IMG/VR virus record: IMGVR_UViG_3300025119_000015
Span: 1-31,056 of that record
Origin: a virus
Taxonomy: Duplodnaviria; Caudoviricetes
DNA length: 31,056 nt
Direction: 5' to 3' (one strand)
Shown here: positions 1-10,004 of the stretch, piece by piece
Numbering within the stretch: position 1 is the stretch's first letter
Layout of the letters: the number at the start of each line of letters is the position of its first letter
Position numbers and translations under genes: made by a program
The notes under the pieces: generated by a model
What the model saw: only the letters and a program-made list of their open reading frames with translations
Told to the model about the DNA's origin: nothing
Databases searched by the model: none

Positions 1-2
1 GT

Positions 3-389
3 GTCATAACTCTCGTGGATGTCTCAGCAGATGGCAATGAGATTGTTCTTAACCTTGAGCTGAACAATGAGGACAGTACAGGCTTTGGCGTAAGCTGGAG
101 AGAATTTACTCTCATAGATGGCACATGGACAATCGACTATTCTGCCTTTTACGCTATTGGTACTGGACTCATATCAGAAGTCTTCTTAGGCGGGCCTGCA
201 ATGGCTACCCTTTGGGATAAGAGGCTCTTCGAGTTTTATCCTAACGGTGGGCCTATGGGTATTACTAAGCCTAAGTACTCCGGTAGTGTTTACTTGGCTT
301 CGTTCCCAATAACGGCACCGAGAAGTGGTCTTGTAACGGTTCGTGCTCGTCTGAATGGTGCTTCTCCTCTAGCAAGAGCAGTCTCATAA
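3..389 (+). CDS. Major tail tube protein, probably 5'-truncated by the window edge
   Basis: Frame is open from position 3. Motif 'DSTGFGVSWREF..G.WTID' and beta-rich C-terminus resemble siphovirus tail tube proteins; lies directly upstream of the chaperone and tape measure genes. Confidence 0.7.
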   Translation, partial: VITLVDVSADGNEIVLNLELNNEDSTGFGVSWREFTLIDGTWTIDYSAFYAIGTGLISEVFLGGPAMATLWDKRLFEFYPNGGPMGITKPKYSGSVYLASFPITAPRSGLVTVRARLNGASPLARAVS

Positions 390-404
390 TTTAGGAGGTG
401 TCCA

Positions 405-821
405 GTGGCTGATGAGGATACTGATTCTATCACTATAGACGATACTGAATATACTCTTTCTAGAGAGATAACGGGTGAACAGTTTATGGAGCTGCGGCGA
501 CGCTCCATAACTGTTAAAACTAACGGTGTTTCAGAAGAAAGCAATATTGATTTCAGCTCTGTAGACTATGACTTCTGGAACCTGGCCTATCGCCTTAAAA
601 GTCCAGAGCTTACACCGGCCCAGATAAAAGCTCTTCCAAGAAGAGTCTTTATGGCTCTGACCCTTATGGCAGGTAGATTAGATGCCGAAGAAGCAAGAAC
701 GATAACTGATTTTTTACAACAGCACTCACAAGCGTTTCAGGTGTCACCGTTGATATCGGAACCCTCTTCCGGCTTCCCTCAGTCTATATTAGAGGTCATC
801 TCCGACAAGCCGCAAGACTAG
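405..821 (+). CDS. Tail assembly chaperone (gpG-like)
   Basis: Strong SD AGGAGGT before GTG; between tail tube and tape measure genes; contains the slippery heptamer T TTT TTA. Confidence 0.75.
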   Translation: MADEDTDSITIDDTEYTLSREITGEQFMELRRRSITVKTNGVSEESNIDFSSVDYDFWNLAYRLKSPELTPAQIKALPRRVFMALTLMAGRLDAEEARTITDFLQQHSQAFQVSPLISEPSSGFPQSILEVISDKPQD

Positions 822-913
822 CTGAACAGGTTGAAGCTGAAGCAGCTCTTAATGAATTAAGAACTGCCGATTTTCCTAACGACTCTAAATTTGTCTCCTG
901 GGGTAAGCGATAA
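710..913 (+). CDS. -1 frameshift extension of the tail assembly chaperone (gpGT-like)
   Basis: T-TTT-TTA at 710-716; the -1 frame (TTALTSVSGV...SKFVSWGKR) is open to TAA 911-913, which overlaps the tape measure ATG (TAATG). Confidence 0.75.
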   Translation, partial: FFTTALTSVSGVTVDIGTLFRLPSVYIRGHLRQAARLAEQVEAEAALNELRTADFPNDSKFVSWGKR

Positions 914-3900
914 TGGTACAACCTGTCGGCTCTGAAGCAGATCAAATCCGAGTTGATCTTGTAGTTCTTGCTAAGGCTAATCTTGAAGCTGTTAGAGCTG
1001 TTGAGGAACGCCTTGGAGCACTCAGTATTCAAGCACGAAATACCCAAGGCCACTTTGAGCAGTTTTCTAAAATACAGGAAGGATTCAGAGTTCAGTCTAA
1101 GAAAACTGTTGATGCGCTTAAGGCTTCGGCTGCTGGATTCGGTAATCTATTTCCCTCTGGTATAATTACCAGCGCAGGACAAGTTAATCAAGCCTTTGTC
1201 AGCTTAGGAAAAAACCTTGAGAATTATGCTACAGAAGCCATAAACACAGAAATGATTGGTGCAAAGCTGGGGGGCAGCTTTCTGGCAACTGCACAGTATA
1301 TGCAGATCTTGGGTAATGCTAGTGCAGTTACATCTGGACGGATTCAAGGAATAATAGCTGATCTTCAACAGCTTGCAAGTACAGCGGGTGCTGCTGGCAC
1401 AGCGGTCATTAATCAATTGGTTAATGCACTTGAACAGCTTGCTTTAAAACAAGAACTTGTTACTATAGCAGCACAACAGAGAGTTAGTCCGGCCCTGACC
1501 CAAATGCAGAAAGCGGGTCAGGGTCTTCTTCTTAGCTTCTCGCTTGTCCAGGGTATGTCCGGCAATCTCTCATCAGCTCTCTTTGGACTTGGCTTTGCTG
1601 TTATCTTCACAGGCATGAAGTTCCTGAATCTAACAACTGCCATTGTCGCTGTTAGCGCCGCTCTTGGCTCTGTTGCTATAGAGAAACTAACAAAGAAACA
1701 GAGCGAAGGTGCTGAAATAACAGCAAGAGTTACTAAAGAAACTCAGAAACTTAGGGATACCTGGATAGAGCTTCAAGGCGAAACTAAACTTACACAAAAA
1801 GCCTATGCTGATTTAGCAGAAGAGGGCGTTAACCTGATAGCAGTATTTGCTGAGCAAAGAAGACTGGTAGAAGAGGGAGGCGGAAAACCAAGTTTTCTTG
1901 AGAGTCTTGGAGAAACAGCAGAAACTGCAGGTAGAGGATTACTCTTTTTCGCCACTGGGGCAGGAACTGCTCAGGTAGCATGGGAGAATTATACTAGATC
2001 TGTTGAAGAAGGTGAAGGCCCACTTGCTGGACTTAGAGCCGAAAAGAAGGGAATTGAAGCACTTAAACTAGCTCAAGACTTAGAGGAAATAGACCAGGAA
2101 AATACGGCTGCCTTCCGTGCGCTTGCGAACTCGACTCGAAACGAGCTTATGAAGGTCTATCAGGAATTCAAAGCTGAAGAAGTCTCAATAAGGATAGAGA
2201 CAAAATTCACAGAAGGTATCGAGGCAGATAGAGAAAAAGTATCAAACCATTACGACCTATTACGCTCTAACATCGAGAAGCACTACGATAACTTAAACGA
2301 GACAATAAAAGAAGGACAAGCAAGTGCAACTGACTCAAGACAGAGAGCACTTCAGAATGAAACAGATGCCATAAATGAAGCTCTAAAAAACCAGACAAAG
2401 ATTATCCGAAAGGGCCTCAAAGACCAGCTTGAGATATACAGCGAAGCGCTTGAAGTAGAAACAGATAATCTAAAAACCATCTATCAGGAGCAGGTAGAAG
2501 TAGTCAATGATGCTCGTGATGCACAGATAGAGGTCATCTCAGATGGCCTTAAAGACGAGCTAGAAGTTATTCAAGATGGCCTGAACGCAAAGACAGATGC
2601 TATACGCGAAGCTCTTGACGACGAAATAGATACTATCAGAGATGCCCTGAATGACAGACTTGAAGTTATTAGGGACGCAGCCCAAGACGAAATAGATGCT
2701 GAGAGAGAAAAGATAGATGCTATCAAAAAGCAGGAGCGAGAACTAGAGAGTGCTCTCAGCGCCTTACAGCAACGTCGAGCTGCGATTAGAAATGAAATCT
2801 TAGGCGCAGAAGCTCAATTAGCAGCCCTAGAACGTGAAGCAACTCTTACTGGCGTTGGTGCTACAGAAGAGCAAGCTATTGTCAAGGCTCGTATAGCAGG
2901 CTTAAAAGCCGAAGATGTAGCTACTCAAAATACTATAAAGCAACGTGAAGCTGCCCGTGACACTTTACTTGGTCAAGTAGATACGATAGAAGCCATAATA
3001 GAAGCTATTGAAGAAGCTAGAGATGATGAGATTGAAGCTGCTCGTGATACTGCTGAAGAGACAATTGAAGCTGCTCAGAAGGCAGCTGATGAGAGAATAG
3101 ACATCGAGAAGGACGCTGCGGATGACTTAAAGGAAACTGCTCAAGATGTTGCTGATAATAAGAAGAAGCTGGAGCAAGAAGCAGCCGAAACCGCAATAAC
3201 AGAAATAAATAAGACAAGGGATACAGCTATACAGGCAGCCCAAACACGCTCAGAGGCAGAACAAGAACGTGCTCGTGAGGCTGCTGATGTTGCAATAGAA
3301 GAAGCTAACAGAGCTTCTACAAATGCTCAACGGGCAGCTCAAGACAGAGCTGATGCAGATATTAGAGGATATGAACGTGCTGCTGCTAAAGCAATAGAGC
3401 TAAATGATAGCGTTGAAGCAAAACGAACTGAAACTATGAATTTGCTTGAGCAAACACAGCAGAGAATAATTGATGGCGTTGTAGAAGAGCACGAAAAGCG
3501 AAAGCGGCTTCATGAGTGGCAGCAGAATATCGGCCTCCCGTTGGTTAAAAAGTTCTTCCAGTACCAGATAGCGTTTGGAGCAATCCAGGGAATTGGACAG
3601 GAAGGAATCGATCCTGTGCTTCGTGCTGGTGCTAGAAAAGCACAATACAAGGCATTTCTAGAAAGCTTATTCCCTGGTATGGATATTACTGAATTTCTGG
3701 AAGGCTACCAATTGGGTACTCGTCGTGTTCCAGGAGCAATGGGTCAGCCACAATTAGCAGTCGTTCACGGCGGAGAAGCAATTACTCCACCAGGACTATT
3801 GCCTCCAGCGTCAGCAGGTTTCAGAGACTTTAACTTGTCGCTTTATCTCAATAACGAAGCAGATTTCAGACGGTTAGAGAAAACTCTTGAAGGTGTATTT

Positions 3901-3960
3901 GGGAAGAGTGTAAGTATAGCTATACGTTCTGGTCTTGGGAACCGGAAAGGTCTACGTTAA
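913..3960 (+). CDS. Tail tape measure protein
   Basis: 1015 aa, Ala/Glu-rich helical protein with roughly 11-residue periodic repeats, a hydrophobic segment near aa 200-255 and the C-terminal 'YQLGT..VPG...AVVHGGEAITP' motif common in tape measure proteins; synteny. Confidence 0.9.
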   Translation: MVQPVGSEADQIRVDLVVLAKANLEAVRAVEERLGALSIQARNTQGHFEQFSKIQEGFRVQSKKTVDALKASAAGFGNLFPSGIITSAGQVNQAFVSLGKNLENYATEAINTEMIGAKLGGSFLATAQYMQILGNASAVTSGRIQGIIADLQQLASTAGAAGTAVINQLVNALEQLALKQELVTIAAQQRVSPALTQMQKAGQGLLLSFSLVQGMSGNLSSALFGLGFAVIFTGMKFLNLTTAIVAVSAALGSVAIEKLTKKQSEGAEITARVTKETQKLRDTWIELQGETKLTQKAYADLAEEGVNLIAVFAEQRRLVEEGGGKPSFLESLGETAETAGRGLLFFATGAGTAQVAWENYTRSVEEGEGPLAGLRAEKKGIEALKLAQDLEEIDQENTAAFRALANSTRNELMKVYQEFKAEEVSIRIETKFTEGIEADREKVSNHYDLLRSNIEKHYDNLNETIKEGQASATDSRQRALQNETDAINEALKNQTKIIRKGLKDQLEIYSEALEVETDNLKTIYQEQVEVVNDARDAQIEVISDGLKDELEVIQDGLNAKTDAIREALDDEIDTIRDALNDRLEVIRDAAQDEIDAEREKIDAIKKQERELESALSALQQRRAAIRNEILGAEAQLAALEREATLTGVGATEEQAIVKARIAGLKAEDVATQNTIKQREAARDTLLGQVDTIEAIIEAIEEARDDEIEAARDTAEETIEAAQKAADERIDIEKDAADDLKETAQDVADNKKKLEQEAAETAITEINKTRDTAIQAAQTRSEAEQERAREAADVAIEEANRASTNAQRAAQDRADADIRGYERAAAKAIELNDSVEAKRTETMNLLEQTQQRIIDGVVEEHEKRKRLHEWQQNIGLPLVKKFFQYQIAFGAIQGIGQEGIDPVLRAGARKAQYKAFLESLFPGMDITEFLEGYQLGTRRVPGAMGQPQLAVVHGGEAITPPGLLPPASAGFRDFNLSLYLNNEADFRRLEKTLEGVFGKSVSIAIRSGLGNRKGLR

Positions 3961-6873
3961 ATGGCTACTGTATTAAAACTAAGTAATGGAATAGAAACCA
4001 TAGATTTTATCTCAGGCTCATCAGACTATAGATTACTAGCTGATGACGCTCTTCAAATATCTATGCCAGAATCGAAACGTGTCTTTGGTGGTGATCCTCT
4101 GCTCCGTAAAGGAGAAGGCTCTCGTCTTATTGAAAGACAATATGAAAATAGAGAAATCTCTATTGATTTTAAGATAACAGCAACAGATCATAACTCATGG
4201 GTTGAAGATATAAGACGCATAGACAGAGTACTTAACGATGCTAAAGAATATAGTAAGAAGGGATATGGGAATAAGGTAACTCTTCGATTTCAGCTAGAAT
4301 CTGCATCCACAGATGTATACTTTGATATTCTGGATGGCGATTTGTCTTTACCTAAGATAGCATCTGCGCCATTAAGAAGAGAATTTAAGACAATTGAGAA
4401 CAGTTTAACCCTTATAGCTAAACCATTAGCTCGTGCTACATCTATTATTCAACTAGATAATTGGATTCTCAATGGAGATTTCTGTTATAATCCTGGTGAA
4501 TACGGCAGAGACTCTGTTGGTTACTATACGTTTGGGGTATCAGGTAACAGATTTGAGAGAGCTAATACAATTAATCTACAACCTCCAGCTGCGACAGTGC
4601 CTGAACTATTTGTAGGGGCATGGATATATCTTACAAGTACACCAACTAATCCTGGAGATGAGTTTATTATAGCTTCTGCTGGTAATAATCCAAGTGATGC
4701 TACTCCTGCTAATAGACCAGCCTGGGTATTAGCCATTAGAAAAATCAGTGATGGATTACCTAGACAGCTAGTGTTTAAGATTTACACAGAGGCGGGTATT
4801 CTAAAGGAGTATGTTGAGCTAGACTCCCGTATGACGATTCCTCTGAATACTAATATAAATGTGGCTGGCTCTATCTCGAAGACTTTGTTTGGAGCAGGTT
4901 TAACTATTCCATTCACTGTACCAGCAACGATAGTTGGTACAGGAACATACAGGAGAATTGAAGTCTTTATTAATGGCAAAAGTGGTACAAGCGTTCTTAA
5001 TACAGCTATAGCATCTATTCGTCAATCAACAGGTAAATTTACTGTTGGTGCCTATAGTGATGATTCGTCTCGTTTTGTTGGTCGGATAGCTGGACTTGCT
5101 GTAGTTATAGGTACAATAGAAGGATACAGACAATTAGCGTTATTCTATTATGGAATGACATCTTTAGCTGGTCAGACTACCACACCAAATAGGTGGTTCT
5201 GGGATCTTCAGTCTTCAGAATGGGGCGCAAGTTGGAATTTTAACGATGGTCTTATTTTTGATGGTGGGCCACGAGCATTAAACCTCACAATTGTAGGAAC
5301 TCCAACGTTTCTTGCGAACTCTGTACCACCTAGAGGTTGGACTATAGGATCAGGTCTTACACTTTCCAGGGCCATTTCTCTAGTATCCAAATATGGGTTT
5401 CTAAGTTACCTCTTCCTTGAGACTGTTAGTGGAGCTAATAAATATATAGAGCAGACATGGAGCATTCCAGCAAATAGACGTAAGTCAACTCAGAAGTGGA
5501 CTGCAGTGTTTTGGCTTCGAGCATATACCTCTACTCTTAGGAGTATAGACATAATATATGGTGCAAAAGCTGCGTTATCTAGTGAAAATGTGGTAGCTGT
5601 GCAAGACACTTGGACTCAATACATTGTGACATTTGCTGGTGAAGGAGGAACAAGTACAGGCAAAATACGTTTTGAGAAACTTACAGGTGAAGGTTCTATA
5701 GTATACATTGACGGTGTAGAAATTTTAGAAGGTGAACCGTTCGGTGTTTTCGCGACAATTACACCAACGTCAGGAAAACCATATATAGATTCCAGATTCT
5801 GTGCTATGCCAGATAGCTCTCTCAATCTTGACTATTCAGTAAAGCGAAATACTATTGCTGTTAGAGATTTGCCAGGAGATCAACCGGCAGCCATAAGACT
5901 TTTTATTCAGAATAAGGAACCTGCATATGGTATGGGGCCAATTAGAGTAGGCCAAGTCTCCAAAGCAGAACCGTCTAAGTTTATATCCTGTTATCCCTCA
6001 TCACTGTTACTACCTCAAAATAATGTTCGTCCTCTCGTTCTTCAGACATCAGGACAGGTTCCTGGTGAATCCAGAGTATGTATGATTAGAGACCTCGATG
6101 ATTTTCAGGGCAGTGGTTTTGAGGAGTTGGTATATGGAATCATGGGAGGACTGTTTCCGTTTCCAGATCAACAGCGTGGAGCATTCAAAGTCATAGCAGA
6201 TGTGTTTGTAGAGGGAGATACATTCGAAGGCGACTTATTCTTCAGGGCGAGTAGTTTATTCCCATTGACTCGTGATCCATCTAATCTAAGCAATATCCTC
6301 AGACGGTTTGTTAAAGTAGATGCTGGTTTGTTATATTGGTTGCCATTATATACTCTGAGGTTTAGAGAGCTACCAGGATCTGCAACTAAGGGAGAGATTA
6401 GTAGTCATAGAACAATAATGGAATCAGAATCAACTACAAGGCTTGCATTAGAAGCATATCCTTCAGTGGTCACTCCAGCTACTGAAGGTATAGGTATAAG
6501 TGTTATTCATCTTCTACCTGTCGAGGATGGATATTACGGATTCTTTCCCGACATCAATAGAAAAAACTATTTAGAGCCTAATAAGATTCTGGTTATAGAT
6601 TCTATAAATGAGGAGACAAGTTATATAGTAAATGATTCAGCATATGCAGTGCTGAATGCTGAAGCTGTACTGGATGAAACTTTAACCCTGAATATAGAAG
6701 CAGCTTCATCTATAAATACTATAGGTAACAGTTTTCGATTAGAGCCTCAGGAAAAGAATCTGTTTACCTTTCTTATTGAACAGAGCCAGGATGGTTTTCC
6801 TCTTGGTAATTCTATGTCTGGTATGCAATTTGAAGCTTGGATAGAGTACGAAGCGCGGTATCTTTATGTCTAA
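3961..6873 (+). CDS. Distal tail-like protein with inserted LamG/concanavalin-like and carbohydrate-binding-like domains
   Basis: Follows the tape measure gene. Dit-like N-terminus ('RQYENREISIDF'), LamG-like 'IEVFING...FTVGAY...FVGRIAGL', CBM-like 'NWILNGDF...VYIDGVEI'. Confidence 0.6.
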   Translation: MATVLKLSNGIETIDFISGSSDYRLLADDALQISMPESKRVFGGDPLLRKGEGSRLIERQYENREISIDFKITATDHNSWVEDIRRIDRVLNDAKEYSKKGYGNKVTLRFQLESASTDVYFDILDGDLSLPKIASAPLRREFKTIENSLTLIAKPLARATSIIQLDNWILNGDFCYNPGEYGRDSVGYYTFGVSGNRFERANTINLQPPAATVPELFVGAWIYLTSTPTNPGDEFIIASAGNNPSDATPANRPAWVLAIRKISDGLPRQLVFKIYTEAGILKEYVELDSRMTIPLNTNINVAGSISKTLFGAGLTIPFTVPATIVGTGTYRRIEVFINGKSGTSVLNTAIASIRQSTGKFTVGAYSDDSSRFVGRIAGLAVVIGTIEGYRQLALFYYGMTSLAGQTTTPNRWFWDLQSSEWGASWNFNDGLIFDGGPRALNLTIVGTPTFLANSVPPRGWTIGSGLTLSRAISLVSKYGFLSYLFLETVSGANKYIEQTWSIPANRRKSTQKWTAVFWLRAYTSTLRSIDIIYGAKAALSSENVVAVQDTWTQYIVTFAGEGGTSTGKIRFEKLTGEGSIVYIDGVEILEGEPFGVFATITPTSGKPYIDSRFCAMPDSSLNLDYSVKRNTIAVRDLPGDQPAAIRLFIQNKEPAYGMGPIRVGQVSKAEPSKFISCYPSSLLLPQNNVRPLVLQTSGQVPGESRVCMIRDLDDFQGSGFEELVYGIMGGLFPFPDQQRGAFKVIADVFVEGDTFEGDLFFRASSLFPLTRDPSNLSNILRRFVKVDAGLLYWLPLYTLRFRELPGSATKGEISSHRTIMESESTTRLALEAYPSVVTPATEGIGISVIHLLPVEDGYYGFFPDINRKNYLEPNKILVIDSINEETSYIVNDSAYAVLNAEAVLDETLTLNIEAASSINTIGNSFRLEPQEKNLFTFLIEQSQDGFPLGNSMSGMQFEAWIEYEARYLYV

Positions 6874-8518
6874 GCTATGTGTACAGGTGGCTCCGACTAT
6901 CAAAAATCAGTCTGATGTTCCAGTTTATGGAAATGAATCTTTAGCTGGCAGGATTCAAGACCTAGAATTTGGGACTAGTGTCCCTGGTGGATTCCTAAAT
7001 TGTGGATTTAAGATTCCTATGTCTTCTTCTGAGGCTTTTTATTGGTACTCAACCAGAATAGGACATCATGTTCTCATAACAGACAAAGGGCAAACTGTAT
7101 GGGAGGGAAGGATAGACAATATAGAACTTGGAAGTTTCAGGGTTACTATATCAGCCTTAGGTTATTGGGTTAGTCTTACAGATCAGATACTCTATCAACG
7201 ATGGGCAGATACTGGTCTTAGCTCATGGAAAGAATTCAGCTCAGTAGAATTTGTCGGGTTCTCGAATGCAAAGCCAGAAGCTTTCGAAAATAATAATCCA
7301 GGTAGCCTAGTCACGGCATTAAGAAATGGTGAGACTTATAATTCTGGTAATCCTAGCTCCGGTTATGTGTATGTATTACCTACACCTGTCTTTGTGGCTT
7401 CTTTTCCTATTGCGCCAAATACTGTACAGTATATTAAGTTTGGTCTCGTTATTACTAATGCAGATTCATCCGATTTGCGCGTTAGGATCTTCACAGCTAG
7501 CAATCCATATTCAGGGAGCTGGACACAAAAAGCTTCCTACAAGATTGCCGATAATGGGAACAAGGAAATTGCAGTCGGTGGTGGCTCTGAAGACATAAAA
7601 GCTGTAGCGTTTATTGTAGATGATGATAAGGTTCATACTTATGCTGGTGCCACTGGAGATGCCAGAGTAGTTATATCTGATATACAGACTTGGGCTGATA
7701 TAGACCCTATGAATATAAATCGTCTTACAGCCCATAGATTTATTCTGGATAACCTTCTTGGTAAACCGTCCCTAGGTTTGTCATCAACAATGCCACAAAT
7801 CTCTCCTGATACTCTGTACGTAAAAGACCCAGGGCTAGATATAATGCCTTTACTGGTTGAAGGTAAGACTGTACAAGATGCTATACTAGAGCTAAGTTCA
7901 TATGGCGATGACCAGAGTCCTCCTAATGAATATTTTCCAGCTATATGGGATTCGCGTAGATTCTTCTTTGAGCCAAAAGAAAAATTAATGGTGAGATGGT
8001 TGATAAGATTGAAGGAATTCAGTGAAGATGGTTTAAATCTTATGCAGAGTCTCGAAAATTACTGGAGCAAGGTTTATGTTAGATATACAGATATAAAAGA
8101 GAGACTTGCTTTTACAACAGTAAAGGAAGATATTGTCTTTCAGTCTCCATCTATAGACCGAACTAATATAGTTGGTGCTGATGTAAGACAGCTTGCTGTA
8201 GCGAATGTTCTAAGAGATGCCTTTTTTGAAGACTTTAGAAAACCACAGCAGCGAACAGAAGTTTCTATTACAGGGAGAATACGCAATCGTCACAATGTAC
8301 CTGAGCCATTATGGATGGTACGGGCAGGGGACTTGCTGTTCGTAGAAGATCTTTTTTCGTTCTCAGGTGGTACTTCATTAGACCCTTTGCGCTTATTCAG
8401 CATAAGAGAAACGTCGTATAATTATGAAAATAATGAACTCACTCTTACACCAGATTGGCCTGCTAATAGGCTGGATATCCTAGTGTCTCGGTTATCAGCT
8501 CTAGGCAAGGAGTTCTAA
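6866..8518 (+). CDS. Tail tip / baseplate hub-like protein
   Basis: 'VWEGRID...ISALGYW' and C-terminal 'VRAGDLL...IRETSYNYENNELTLT' patterns typical of siphovirus hub proteins; translationally coupled to the upstream gene. Confidence 0.6.
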   Translation: MSKLCVQVAPTIKNQSDVPVYGNESLAGRIQDLEFGTSVPGGFLNCGFKIPMSSSEAFYWYSTRIGHHVLITDKGQTVWEGRIDNIELGSFRVTISALGYWVSLTDQILYQRWADTGLSSWKEFSSVEFVGFSNAKPEAFENNNPGSLVTALRNGETYNSGNPSSGYVYVLPTPVFVASFPIAPNTVQYIKFGLVITNADSSDLRVRIFTASNPYSGSWTQKASYKIADNGNKEIAVGGGSEDIKAVAFIVDDDKVHTYAGATGDARVVISDIQTWADIDPMNINRLTAHRFILDNLLGKPSLGLSSTMPQISPDTLYVKDPGLDIMPLLVEGKTVQDAILELSSYGDDQSPPNEYFPAIWDSRRFFFEPKEKLMVRWLIRLKEFSEDGLNLMQSLENYWSKVYVRYTDIKERLAFTTVKEDIVFQSPSIDRTNIVGADVRQLAVANVLRDAFFEDFRKPQQRTEVSITGRIRNRHNVPEPLWMVRAGDLLFVEDLFSFSGGTSLDPLRLFSIRETSYNYENNELTLTPDWPANRLDILVSRLSALGKEF

Positions 8519-8519
8519 G

Positions 8520-9527
8520 ATGGCGCTTCCAACTCTAGTCCAATTATTTGGGCATGATAATTCAGAAGTCTCTGAGTCAACGCTTGAAGATGTCTTTGGC
8601 GGATTGCACGAAGGCCCATTCGAAGGCATAGCTTCTGCTTGTGCAGTAATACAGTCGACTCCTCCTGCTATGTCAGTAGATGTTGGCACAGGTACATTCT
8701 GTGTGGGTGGTGTCTTTGGGAAAGTATCAGTTACGGGCAGTGTTGTTATTGGAACTGCTCCTGTAGTTAACAACCGTATTGATCGTGTCGTTCTTAGAAG
8801 AACCAATTCTACAGATCTTACAGAGATAGCTGTCATTGCAGGAACTGTGGCAGCAAGTCCTGTCCCGCCTTCACTTACTAGAACCGCCAATATCTACGAA
8901 GTCAGTCTCGCGCAAGTTTATGTGGGTCAAGGTGTTACTTCTATAGTCACAGCTAATATCACAGATGAGCGCAAAGACTACAGCGTCGGTGGTTACGCTC
9001 TTGGAAAAGCAACTGTACGTGCTGGACGAACTCGTCAACACTTCATTCCGGCAGCTAACTTCGGCGTAGGTATTAATCTAACTTTTGCTACTCACTTCAG
9101 AAGCTTTGCAGGTCTTGGTTCATGGGCAGCTATGGGTCTTGGTTGGGAACTGCCTGATGGAGTAGTACTTGTAGGTGTAATCGGTCATACTAAGCTGCCT
9201 TCTGACTGGAAATCTGGCACTGTAAAAGGATATGTTCTGTTTCAAGGTGCAGGAGCAGGAAACTTCTATGTCGGGCTGCAGATGGCTGCGGTCACTCCAG
9301 GCTCTCCAGGTGAGACCATGAGACAGACAGCAGATGTTATTCAGCAGCAAGCAGTCAATTCCTACAACGGATTACATCTGTTAGCGTTTAATACGGCCCT
9401 TCTTACTGTTGCAGCCGGTGATTTTATTAACATCGGAGTATCTCGTGATCCTGCTCATGCCAGTGATACTAGTGCCAACGTGCTAGAATTCTATGGAGTT
9501 ATTTTGGAGTATACAGCGGAGTATTAA
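8520..9527 (+). CDS. Minor tail protein / receptor-binding protein
   Basis: 'NRIDRVVLR...P.LTR...YEVSLAQVYV...ITDER' motif typical of minor tail proteins, followed by a beta-rich C-terminal domain. Confidence 0.65.
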   Translation: MALPTLVQLFGHDNSEVSESTLEDVFGGLHEGPFEGIASACAVIQSTPPAMSVDVGTGTFCVGGVFGKVSVTGSVVIGTAPVVNNRIDRVVLRRTNSTDLTEIAVIAGTVAASPVPPSLTRTANIYEVSLAQVYVGQGVTSIVTANITDERKDYSVGGYALGKATVRAGRTRQHFIPAANFGVGINLTFATHFRSFAGLGSWAAMGLGWELPDGVVLVGVIGHTKLPSDWKSGTVKGYVLFQGAGAGNFYVGLQMAAVTPGSPGETMRQTADVIQQQAVNSYNGLHLLAFNTALLTVAAGDFINIGVSRDPAHASDTSANVLEFYGVILEYTAEY

Positions 9528-9877
9528 CCAAGTCCTTCTATCAATCTCTCCACGGTAGAAGGTGTACCAGAAGTCGAACCTGAACGCGAACCTGAACGAG
9601 GAATCTTAATGTCCTCAGCCTTACAGTCAGCAAAGAATTCTTCGATAAGGATATATGCTGCTCTAAGATATTCTCTCGTACCCCTGCTCTTCATCTTTAA
9701 ATTCCAGGAAGATCTATAATGAGGCAACGAGTAGCGCAGCCAAGCCTCAACATCAGAGAGCACATTGAGCATGGCATCTTCGGGAGTTCTGCTTGCCTTG
9801 ATAATATTAAGAATCCAACGCTTGTTACCTCTCTGCATAATAGTCGGATGCTCTCTATTCTTATCAGCAGCTCTCAT
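9524..9877 (-). CDS. Hypothetical protein
   Basis: SD AAGAGGA precedes the ATG on the minus strand; fills the gap between modules; its stop overlaps the stop of the convergent tail gene. Confidence 0.65.
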   Translation of the reverse strand: MRAADKNREHPTIMQRGNKRWILNIIKASRTPEDAMLNVLSDVEAWLRYSLPHYRSSWNLKMKSRGTREYLRAAYILIEEFFADCKAEDIKIPRSGSRSGSTSGTPSTVERLIEGLG

Positions 9878-9896
9878 AAAATTCCTCTTAAACTAC

Positions 9897-9925
9897 TTGA
9901 CATACTACCCCGACTATGGTATTAT
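9897..9925 (+). promoter_or_regulatory. sigma70-type promoter
   Basis: TTGACA-17 nt-TATTAT with extended -10 TG, upstream of the helicase gene cluster. Confidence 0.8.
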
Positions 9926-10004
9926 ATCATAGAGAGACCCGAAAAGCTACCCGTCCGCCTACTTATGTCAACAGCCTGTCTCTTACGATAGGCTTCTCAC
10001 GTCT

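Noticed and set aside
2400-3420. Recurrent GATGC/GAAGCTGCT-like words as DNA repeats
   Set aside because: Explained by the periodic Ala/Glu/Asp-rich tape measure protein sequence.
9575-9600. GAACCTGAACG tandem duplication
   Set aside because: Encodes a low-complexity SGSRSGS tail of the minus-strand protein; no evidence of a separate function.
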